A stretch of DNA of 64,000 bases, taken from NCBI RefSeq assembly GCF_006345805.1, contig NC_043005.1:18786001-18850000 (forward strand), written 5' to 3'. A program made the position numbers and the translations under genes. This DNA comes from Octopus sinensis (Eukaryota). Below are positions 54,025 through 64,000 of the stretch, one piece after another. Every line of letters starts with the position of its first letter. Position 1 is the stretch's first letter. Under the pieces are notes generated by a model that made no database searches, was not told the origin of the DNA, and saw nothing but the letters and a program-made list of their open reading frames with translations.

Positions 54025-54035
<11 letters not shown>
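53530..54035 (-). mobile_element. Non-autonomous Helitron family A, single unit
   Basis: Reverse complement of unit 1 of the 43977 array, with a complete hairpin-CTAG 3' end; inserted in (TA)n. Confidence 0.88.
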
Positions 54036-54062
<27 letters not shown>

Positions 54063-54220
54063 TAAAAACGGTAAGATATCAAAAGAAAGAAAGAGACCTC
54101 AATATTATGTAAATATATATATATAATTATAAATAAGGATAATATCGATATTTAAATATCGATATTATCAAGTGGCCAGCATGGGAAAAAACAACGTACA
54201 AAGGTATAATTTTTTACAAC

Positions 54221-54262
<42 letters not shown>

Positions 54263-54264
<2 letters not shown>

Positions 54265-54475
54265 TAATCCAAACAAGAAAACACAAGAAAACAAAAAACA
54301 CAACAACGCGAGGACGTGGAACAAATAAAGTATTATTGGACGCTCAGGAAAGAAGGGAAGAAGGAGGGTTTAATGTTTCGAGCGGAGCCCTTCGTCGGAA
54401 ACATAGGAGAAGGAAAGATCCCGAGAAGGGAAGACAGAGGAAAAAAAATCGCCAGCGGTACTCACGAGGTCACAT
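54263..54475 (-). mobile_element. Family H1 copy 3 (core CCGACGA, GAAACATT)
   Basis: Homologous end to end with the 14663 copy. Confidence 0.8.
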
Positions 54476-54482
54476 ATTGAAA

Positions 54483-55157
54483 AGATGCATAAATACAAAC
54501 ACACATACACGCATACTTAGATGCATCATACATACAAATCGGAAATAAAGAATGAAGAAGCAAAACGTGGCATCACTTTAGAACATATATATATATATAG
54601 AACATATATACTTACTCCTTTTACTCTTTTACTTGTTTCAGTCATTTGACTGCGGCCATGCTGGAGCACCGCCTTTAGTCGAGCAAATCGACCCCAAGAC
54701 TTATTCTTTGTAAGCCCAGTACTTATTCTATCGGTCTCTTTTGCCGAACCGCTAATTGACAGGGACGTAAACTACCAGCATCGGTTGTCAAGCAATGCTA
54801 GGGGGACAAACACAGACCCACAAACATATACACACACACTTATATATATATATATATATTATATATATATATATACATATATACGGCAGGCTTCTTTCAG
54901 TTTCCGTCTACCAAATCCACTCACAAGGCATTGGTCGGCCCGGAGCTATAGCAGAAGACACTTGCCCAAGATGCCACGCAGTGGGACTGAACCCGGAACC
55001 ATGTGGTTGGTTAGCAAGCTACTTACCACACAGCCACTCCTGCGCCTATATATATGTTCTAAAGTGATGCCACGTTTTGCTTCTTCATTCTTTATTTCCG
55101 ATTTGTATGTATGATGCATCTATGTATGCGTGTATGTGTGTTTGTATTTATGCATCT
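54483..55157. repeat. ~108-bp inverted repeat pair (54483-54590 / 55048-55157) enclosing a SINE
   Basis: AGATGCATAAATACAAAC...CACTTTAGAACATATA and its reverse complement, about 1 mismatch. Confidence 0.92.
54611..55046 (-). mobile_element. SINE family A, full length
   Basis: Reverse complement of the family consensus. Confidence 0.92.
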
Positions 55158-55344
55158 ATGAATGTATTTCATGAAACAAACGTCATATCCGATCAACTGT
55201 TTTCTTAAGAAGAAACTAGTCACGAATTTACATTAACAGTGAAACCAGCGACGAAGCTGCGAGTGGGCTGTTTCTTTGTTCATATATCTTAGAATTTTAT
55301 CTTATGCAATTCTATATGTACGGATATCACTTCAACTACCTCTG

Positions 55345-55385
<41 letters not shown>

Positions 55386-55432
55386 ATATATATATATATA
55401 GTATGTATGTATGATGTGTGTATGTATGTATG

Positions 55433-55467
<35 letters not shown>

Positions 55468-55849
55468 ATATATATATATATACATATATGTACATATATA
55501 TATACACACACACATATATATATGTATATATGTATACGTTATGTATGTGTGCGGATGTGTGTCCCACCATCTACTTGCCTACATGCAGAGACAGATACAC
55601 AGATGTACATACAAACGCGCACACACACATACACACACGTATGTATGTGTGTGTGTTTGTGAGAGATATTTCTACCTTCAAGTTGTAAAATTGCGAATTA
55701 ACGACCCATAGTATATATATATATATATATGTAACATATCTATGTATATTTATATACATGTATGCATGCATGTATGTATGTGTATGTATATATGTTTGCA
55801 TACATATATATTTATGTATATATATATATATATATATATATTTGTAAGG

Positions 55850-55922
<73 letters not shown>

Positions 55923-55964
55923 CATATAAAGATATATATATATATATATGTATATATATGCATA

Positions 55965-56258
55965 TATTTCGTTTTGGGGTTCGGTTTGCAAGATTCTCAA
56001 TGTGAGTTCGGGTGATGAAGCATATGCTGTTGCCTGGGGAGAGTCCTTTTCTTTTTGAATTTTTAATTCAACACACTCACCGGTAAAAATTGCCACTTAT
56101 TTCTTATTTTTTATTTTCCTACGAGTCAAGACTATTGAAACGTTTGCAAGACGCAACGAAAATTTTAGAAAATGAAAATAGGAAATAAATGGAAATTTTA
56201 CCGGTGAGTGTGTTAAATTATAAGGCACAAAAAGAAAAGACTCTCCCCAGACACAACA
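55965..56258. repeat. Head-to-head inverted dimer of family P
   Basis: 55965-56121 is the reverse complement of the family 3' part (CTGGGGAGAGTC / GACTCTCCCCAG; CTCACCGGTAAAA / TTTTACCGGTGAG). Confidence 0.8.
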
Positions 56259-56260
56259 CT

Positions 56261-56317
<57 letters not shown>

Positions 56318-56327
56318 ACATATATAT

Positions 56328-56399
<72 letters not shown>

Positions 56400-57064
56400 T
56401 ATATAATATAGATGATATATAAATATATGCATATATACATACATATATGTACATACCTACATATACATATGTATACGTATACATGCATATATGGGTACAG
56501 GACATCAAAAAATATGTTGAACACAATGAGAAGCGAAAACATAAAAACAAAAACACAGAAACGGACATGTATTCGAATAACGAAAGAAACAAACAGAGAA
56601 ACGAGACATAAAACATAAAGAATATTCCCCTTCATCAGTTGTTCCTGTTTCATCTACTCCGCGTGGCGAAGGCAAGGACAATACGTGACTTCGCTGAAAC
56701 AATCCTTCCTGCAAAGCAAATTAAATAAAATTTGGGTTTTTTGCGGAGAGTGAAAGTGGTAACAAGAACAGAGCAGTGAGAACAAACATTAAAAACACAC
56801 GGTGAGGGTAGTTAAGTCAAGACCATAGAAACATTTTTATGAACGCTAGGATGACGAGCTTATGAGAGGAGACAGTATAAGCACGAGTTGTCTTTTGGAA
56901 GGTAATGGGCAGAAAGATAGATTCCCTCTCGTCACATGTCATCGACGAGAGTTTCGAGGATTGAGTGAGAGCGAGGGAACGGTGAAGTAGAAAGAAGAAT
57001 AGGGAAGGGTTGGAGAGAAAACCAGAAACGATGAACAACAAGAGAGGGAGAAAGAAAGACAGAG

Positions 57065-57123
<59 letters not shown>

Positions 57124-57339
57124 ATCTGTGTGTGTGTGTGTGTGTATACACATATATATATAATTCTTAAATAAGAATGTTGTTGACAGTGATTTCAAAG
57201 TTGTGACTTAGCTCTCCGACGATGGTTTATTTGGCCGAAACGTCGTCACTGACAACATTTTGGTTTAAGAACCAGAAATTTGTACTCCACAAGTGTATAG
57301 AGCAAGCCATCAGATTAATGTAAATGATTTCTTTATTAT

Positions 57340-57575
57340 GAGTTTACGTAAAAACCAATATTGCTATTTATTAATACGATAGATCGCTAGCCACTACATA
57401 ATCTTTATTTTCTCTCCTTGTTTATTTCTGTGTTCCTTTCCATAGAAGAGCGTAGGCCCGAAACGTTAAAGACTTATCCATTTTCTGAGGTTTATACTAA
57501 TACATCTGTTTGTTGTCTACACCACCTGCCTTCGTCTTTTGTTTTTGTTTTTGTTGTTTTTTTTGTGAATTCCCC
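57340..57575 (+). repeat. Non-coding repeat with degenerate hammerhead-like scaffold
   Basis: CTTT-CCATAGA-A-GAGC-GTAG-GCCC-GAAA-CGTT-AAAG at 57436-57471; same layout as H1 but the core is non-canonical. Confidence 0.45.
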
Positions 57576-57595
57576 TATATATATTATATATATAT

Positions 57596-57638
<43 letters not shown>

Positions 57639-57664
57639 ATATATATAATATATATATATATATA

Positions 57665-60125
57665 CATGAGCAAACCTAAATGAACTCAAGGATAATATAA
57701 CAGAATTTTGCAGAAAATTAAGACTAGCAGAAGCATCAAACAGTTTCAATACTGAAGATGAATCACTTGTCAAGAACAAAAGGTGAACACATCCCACACA
57801 GAGGAAGAAATAAAGATCTTGACGAATTCTGTAACCACATTGAGAACTTCCATACCATACTATACATAAACAGAAAGCTACCCAAATTTTAACAATACAC
57901 AATGGAAAGAACTGATAGAACTCCAAAATGATGAAGATATAACCATTAAGGAAGCGGACAAGGGAAATGCAGTTGTAATAATGGATACATCATACTACAG
58001 AAATCTTGTAATTTCCTTGCTTGATGAAGACCTACAGTATGAAAAAAATTACCAACTACACCCCACAAAAAATAATGAAAACTCTATCTTCACTAATTAA
58101 AACCATGAAAAGGAACTGACAACAAAAGAGATTGATTTCCTAACAAACTTTAAATGCAAACCTAGCCTTTTCTATGGTCGCCAAAAATTCATAAAAGTCA
58201 AATTATAAATGAAACCATTAAAAAATCACCAAAGAATACATACACACACCTAATCCGGGGGACCTAAAACTACGACCATTGTAGCTGGGCACAACCTGTG
58301 AAACACACAGACTAAGTCTGCTTATGGACATCCTTTGAAACCCTTCCAAAAACATATCGCAGCCCTATCAGAGATGACTTAGATAGGTGAACCACCTTCA
58401 AAAAAAACCAAGAAGAAGAAACAATCCTGGTTTCATTTATGTAGTCAACTTGTATACCAGTATACTCATAATTATGGACGGAGGCAATACAATTCTGGTT
58501 AGACCAATTTCCGGAAGAAATACCAAAAAAGGTCAGTAAGGAATTCATTACTAAATCAATTGAATTCATCCTACACAATAACCACTTTCATGTGTGACAT
58601 AAATTTTTACCGTCAAAAAATCCGGAATTGCTATGGGTACAAGGGCCAGCACCAGTCATTGCGAACTTAACAATGGGATACATGGAAATAATCATTACCA
58701 GGAATCTCTATCAATCTTTGGAAACTCCCTCTCTCAATACATAAAAGAGAATTGGAAACGATTCCTAGACGATTGTTTCATTCTCTGGAATGAAAAATAG
58801 ATAAACTCCTAAAATTTAAAAACCTATTGAACAGCATAAACCCAAATATACAGTTCACAATGGAATACAACCAAAGGAGCTCCCGTTCTTGGAATATACT
58901 AATTAAAAAATTAACCTTAAAATAGAAACAGACATTTTTTACAAAACCACAGACGCCAAACAATACCTTCTTTTTAATTATGCCACCAAGACACACTAAA
59001 CAACATCCCCTCAACCTTGCAAGAAGGATATATGCACAATAGTGTCAGAACAAAATACCAGGACTTTAGACTGCAAGAACTCAAAAACACCCTAATTGAC
59101 AGACATTACCAGCTCAACTCATAGAGGAGGGATCAGACGTGCAACAGAATCAACATAGAAACTTTAAGAAAAGTTCAACACAAAACCACCTTCCCCGAAA
59201 ATACTACCTTACATCTACATACAACCCAGAAAACAAAGAAGCCTTCACCACATCATCACCCAGAATTTACCAATACTTCATAAAAACCCAAAATTAAAGA
59301 AATTCTAAACATACACAAAATCATTAAAGCTACAAACAGCCTAAATCACTTAAAAGATTCTCACAAAGGAAAATTGTCTTCTAAAATTACGGATGCAAAA
59401 GTTAAAAAATGTGGTAGATCGAACTGTGCAACATGTCCTAACCTATTGGAAGGATCAGAATTCTTTTAAAGAGGGACAGAAATTTAGATCAAATCTAACT
59501 TTACTTGTGCCTCTGAAAACATAATTTATGTTATAAATGCTCGGGCTGCACCAAGGACAAGTGGGTTCCACGGGACTATCACTCAGGCGCGATGCACACT
59601 GCATCGACAACAGATTGCATTCCAGAATATAGAATGATACCTTTAGGTGAGCACATCGAGAAATGCGCAAAGCAACTACTGCCACAAATTTAATCTTCCC
59701 ATTTACCAATGTGCTTTGGATCATCAACAAAATGAGACTGAACAAGGAAACATCTTCATTGACAAAGTACAAACCAGACTCAACCATCCGAACATACTGA
59801 CACAGAGAAATTAAACAAGGAAAAATGGGAAAAAAAAAATTTTTTTAGCGATTATCTCCCCTACACCGGAAAAAATCACTCACTACCTCCCCTTATTTAG
59901 AAATCTCCTGGAAATAAAAACAACGATAATTCCATACAATATAAAACATAACGTCACAGAAATTTGAAAAGCTACACGCGAAACGGTAATTTCTTTAAAA
60001 ATTTTAAAATTATGTCATTTTAAGGAAAGGAAAAAATTTTTTCCAATATTCTCCAGACATTTGTGACACAAATATATATATTTTTTAACATTAAGCCTTC
60101 TGTCGTTTTTTCACACTTTACTATA
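57665..60125 (+). mobile_element. Penelope-like element (same family as the 39606 copy), longer RT plus GIY-YIG, frameshifted
   Basis: IKEADKGNAVVIMD, RPIVAG, NLYTSI, GIAMGTRAAP, RFLDD, CGRSNCATC, GIY-YIG. 58640-60125 is near-identical to 39925-41434. Confidence 0.93.
59958..59994 (+). ncRNA. U3-A8 hammerhead motif, third copy (one C missing in stem III)
   Basis: AGAAAT-TTGAAAA-GC-TACAC-GC-GAAA-CGG-TA|ATTTCT. Confidence 0.55.
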
Positions 60126-60150
60126 TTTATTATATATATATATATATATA

Positions 60151-60349
60151 GTTAATCCACATGAACATAGAGAAACACAAACAACGCGAGGACGTGGAAT
60201 AAGTATAGTGCTATTGGACGTTCAGGAACAGAAAGAAAGGAGGAGAATCTAGCGTTTCGAGCGGAGCTCTTCGTCAGAAACAGAAAAAGGAAAGGTCTCA
60301 GGAAGGGAAGACGGAGAAAGAAAACCGCCAACGATACACACGCAGTCAC

Positions 60350-60352
<3 letters not shown>
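60151..60352 (-). mobile_element. Family H1 copy 4 with intact CTGACGA...GAAAC core
   Basis: Minus strand GTTT-CTGACGA-A-GAGC-TCC-GCTC-GAAACGCTA. Confidence 0.8.
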
Positions 60353-60443
<91 letters not shown>

Positions 60444-60463
60444 AAGCGATAGAGATATGTATG

Positions 60464-60497
<34 letters not shown>

Positions 60498-60499
60498 TA

Positions 60500-60786
60500 A
60501 TGAGTCATCCTATAAATAATGCTGTTTTTTCAACTGCATGGACCAAAAGTCCGAGGGGAACGGGGTAAACTGCATGAACATGAATTAGTAATACAAGCAG
60601 ATAGAGTTTTGAAGAGTGCAGTTCGATTTTAACATATATTTTTTCAAACCTATAATGGTAGTGACAAAGGGAACATTCGGCATATTCTGTTTTATGAGTT
60701 GAATAAAGACAACAGTGCAACAGAAAGCGCGAGGATAATAAGCGTAAGCCAGTGTCGACGGTTGCTCCAGAAATTCCAATCTGTAA
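60500..60786 (+). mobile_element. Mariner 5' fragment
   Basis: NIRHILFYELNKDNSATESAR...SVSQCRRLLQKFQS resembles the mariner HTH N-terminus; truncated at 60786. Confidence 0.7.
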
Positions 60787-61385
60787 ACCGGTTTCTGCAT
60801 TGGTAAAATAAACCTTAGCTTCTTCAGCACGCGTTACCATGATTAGAGATTCCAAACCCATCGTTATTTCAAGCAGGTAGACATACTTAGTATGTCCTTT
60901 GATTAATTTTAATCCCTCGGCTATTTAATGATATTTTTTTTGCCTGCTATCGGCTGTCATAGATTCTGTTATTGTCATTTTAAAAATAGTTACATTAGGT
61001 AATAATAGAATTAATGACACCTTTGCAAATTAATTTTTGGTGAATTATTTTTCTCGTAAATTGTATCGAGATTATTTTACATTGGTGGCTGTTATGATTT
61101 CGGCGCGAAACGAATCAGTTGCAGCACAGACTTCGAAGCAATGAGTTGGGAGTCTCTAATCATGGTAACGCGTGCTGAAGAAGCTAAGGTTTTATTTTAC
61201 CAGTGCAGAAACCGGTCCACGTGAGTCCAGATACTTAAATGTATGTTAGTAGATTGTCTTAACCTGATTTTGCCCTTCGTTTGATTTCTGTATTTTTTAT
61301 CAGTGTATTTTTGGAGATTTAATAAGAGTTTTGACTGTTATTTCAAGCAAGTAGACATACTTAGTATGTCCTTTGATTAATTTTA
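60787..61385 (+). mobile_element. Non-coding hammerhead-bearing mini-element (Penelope/retrozyme-like)
   Basis: 49-bp direct repeats at 60863-60911 and 61337-61385, an inverted arm at 60787-60861 matching 61141-61216, and an internal hammerhead motif. Confidence 0.7.
61169..61223 (+). ncRNA. Minimal type I hammerhead ribozyme motif
   Basis: CGCGTG-CTGAAGA-A-GC-TAA-GGT-(T-rich loop)-ACC-AGT-GC-A-GAAA-CCGG-TC|CACGTG: canonical core, 6-bp stem I, palindromic stem III, GUC triplet. Confidence 0.75.
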
Positions 61386-61395
61386 TATATATATG

Positions 61396-61479
<84 letters not shown>

Positions 61480-61899
61480 ATATATATATATATAATATAT
61501 ATATATATATATAATATATGTTTGTATGTATGTACATATTTATGTCTATATATATATAATATATATACATATGTATATATATGTACATATATATATGTAT
61601 ATATGTACATATGTATATATATATGTATATAATTGTATGTGTATGTATATATATATACACACATATATATGCATATATATACACACACACATAAATATGT
61701 CTGTGTGTGTGTCTGTAATATAATATATGCCAATTATTCGGTTGCCACAAGAAAACTTTTATTATGGTAAACGAATAACTGTCACATAATATATTACAGA
61801 TAAATTCCTCTATTTACATAGTATCGAGGTCTCATTCATTGTTTTGTTGCCATATTATTACTCTTAATATATATATATATATACATAAATAAATATATA

Positions 61900-61931
<32 letters not shown>

Positions 61932-63262
61932 TCACACATATGAGTATATATATATATATATATATATACTAGAAATGACAGTCAAATATCACTCAAATTA
62001 TACTCTGCAATTATTAAAAGGAAATACTTAAAAGGAAATGCCTCTCCCCAGACACTTACAATATAGTTCTCTGTATATTATGCCTAAATAATAGACAGGG
62101 TAGTCACGGTTTGAATACCTTTGGTTATAGTACTTCTTCATGAGATCTAATTCCGGAGAGAGACAACAACCACAAGCTAACGAAGGGGCCTCGGAGAGGT
62201 CAATCGACATGCCAGATAAAGCAACCACATTTCTCTCGATCGCATCCTACATCTTGAAATAACAGAGGAATATGAGACAAAGAGAGTTCTAGATAAAACA
62301 AGACTGGATAGAAGGACGGGATGGTCATGGTGAAAGTGTCTTCTTTGGCCATATCATTCACTTGGAGTTAGGTATCAACAATTATGCATCCGCTGTATTT
62401 TGACAGTCGCTGGTATTTAGATATTGAGCCATTGACCGTTAGTTGATATGTTTGTTTGATCAGGGTAAACGGACGCTATACGACATAAGTACGCGAATTA
62501 CCCCAACATAATTACATCAAGGACATTTATATGAACAACAAAAGCGACATAAAAGACAGAAGACAGGTGAATGTGCTTTATTGGGGCTGTTATGTAATTC
62601 TATGTTTGTGTATGTCTGTGGGTGTATGTGTCTTAATAGTGTTCCTATATTAATCTATGTGTGACTTCCTCCATAAACGTATCTGTATCTTACTAACATT
62701 TCTTATACAAATTTTGTGTGTATGTGTGTATGTATATGTCTCACGGGGCTTGTTATAGATGTTGCCGCATTCACCATCACCGCCGCATGTGTATCTTCAA
62801 CCACGTTCTCTTGTTATGTGCACACAGACAATTTCTCGGATCTGTAACTATCGTGAATTTCCGCCTTCTAGCTGGAACTACTGTACAATTTCTCCTCGCA
62901 GTAAACATCGTTTTGTGTTCAATCTCAATTCACAATACCTTGGAGAAATGTTTCTTTATTTTTCTTTTTTCAGTAAGAACGATTTAATGAATGTAACCAT
63001 CTTCCTGGCTCAGGAACTGGGACGGAGGCTGAGACACACCCTACCATTCTTTTCTACGCATTATGAGCGGTCTCGTACTGCAATCGTACACTCTGCCAGG
63101 ATCCTTCCAATACAGTTTTTCATGTGTGCGACAAACTTTAGTAACCCACCTTAACAAAAACAAAATAATAATAATAATAGTAATAATAATGATGATAATA
63201 CTAATAACAACAACAACAATAATAATAATACCACCACCACCAACAACAACAACAACAACGAC

Positions 63263-63299
<37 letters not shown>

Positions 63300-63368
63300 G
63301 AAAATTTAATAATAATTTAACTTTACTTGAAAAGAAAATTTCAAACATTACACCGAATCGCTTGTCCA

Positions 63369-64000
63369 ATGGTTATACAGGAAGCGCGCCTGTCAGGCAG
63401 TTGCCAGCCTGATGGCGAAAAATAATCAAATGGCAGAATATCTTCCCCGAATACGAACCTGGAAGGTCACTTAAACGGGATTTGTCCCAAATTAAGCCCC
63501 CAAAGTTTACCACCACAACGACCAGAAAATCAAAAATGTAAAAGGACTAAATGGAACCGGGAAGAATATAAAGAAGTAATATATGCTTATTACTTTGCAT
63601 TAAGTAAGCCAACCCAAGAGAAACACACCGCAAACTCCTACAGAATTTGGAGGAGCCGGAATCCCGCTAGCAGACCAAACCTGGATGAAAACAGATTAGC
63701 AAATGTTAGAAGAGATATCTTCAGAAATACCAGACTCACAGATGCAGAATTAACCTCTATTAAAAAAGTGGTAGAGAATGACCTAAATATAAGTCAGGAA
63801 GGAAATAACGAAGCAGGGGAGAGGAATGTTGGACCACAAGCTTTGACTGAAAGGCGACCATCTGCCGAAACCACTCAAGAGCCTAAAGAAAATGGAAAAT
63901 ATAATGGCCCTAGAAATAACAGCCAGGAAAATGATGTCGAAACAGAATTTGAATACCCCACATATTTGCTGAACAACACAGAAAATCTATCATTAAAATG
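63369..64000 (+). pseudogene. 5' end of an R4/Dong-clade ORF, continuing past the window end
   Basis: ATG at 63369 and one TAA at 63423, then open to 64000: KRTKWNREEYKEVIYAYY...YRIWRSRNP...LDENRLANVRRDI, the same motif as about 28100. Preceded by (TAA)n. Confidence 0.82.

Noticed and set aside
56615-56660. CTGATGA on the minus strand of a non-coding repeat
   Set aside because: No downstream stem II-GAAA-NUH arrangement in this copy.
57211-57250. CCGACGA-T-GGTT-TATTT-GGCC-GAAA-CGTC hammerhead-like motif
   Set aside because: Core has U4C and stem I does not pair; at best a decayed relative.
61141-61226. Exon interpretation (MSWESLIMVTRAEEAKVYFTSAETGP + GTGAGT donor)
   Set aside because: The same bases form a complete hammerhead fold inside a repeat-bounded unit, which explains them better. 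The donor-like motif overlaps stem I.
62759-63154. 131-aa ORF with an internal strong acceptor at about 62973
   Set aside because: No recognisable domain or partner exons; cannot be supported without expression data.

Overview
Eukaryotic, AT-rich, microsatellite-dense DNA with no confidently identifiable host gene. It looks like intergenic or intronic sequence from an invertebrate, and the SINE repertoire points to octopus/cephalopod (recalled, not searched). Almost all ORFs in the supplied track are microsatellite artefacts. The real content is transposable elements: several tRNA-derived SINE families, six R4/Dong-type non-LTR fragments beside (TAA)n, a Tx1/L1-type fragment embedded in (GATA)n, a CR1 relic, two near-identical Penelope-like (GIY-YIG) elements, three full-length but decayed Tc1/mariner elements, non-autonomous Helitrons including a tandem trimer, and a 100-N assembly gap. 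The most notable signal is a set of minimal type I hammerhead ribozyme motifs. One is a U3-A8 core variant in the Penelope terminal repeat (3 copies). One is a well-formed motif in a ~600-bp non-coding mini-element whose inverted partial copy stops 1 nt short of the predicted cleavage site. A ~200-bp hammerhead-like family has 4 copies. Together these suggest a Penelope-driven, retrozyme-like group of non-autonomous elements. All folds and alignments were done by eye, element boundaries are approximate, and ribozyme activity is untested.
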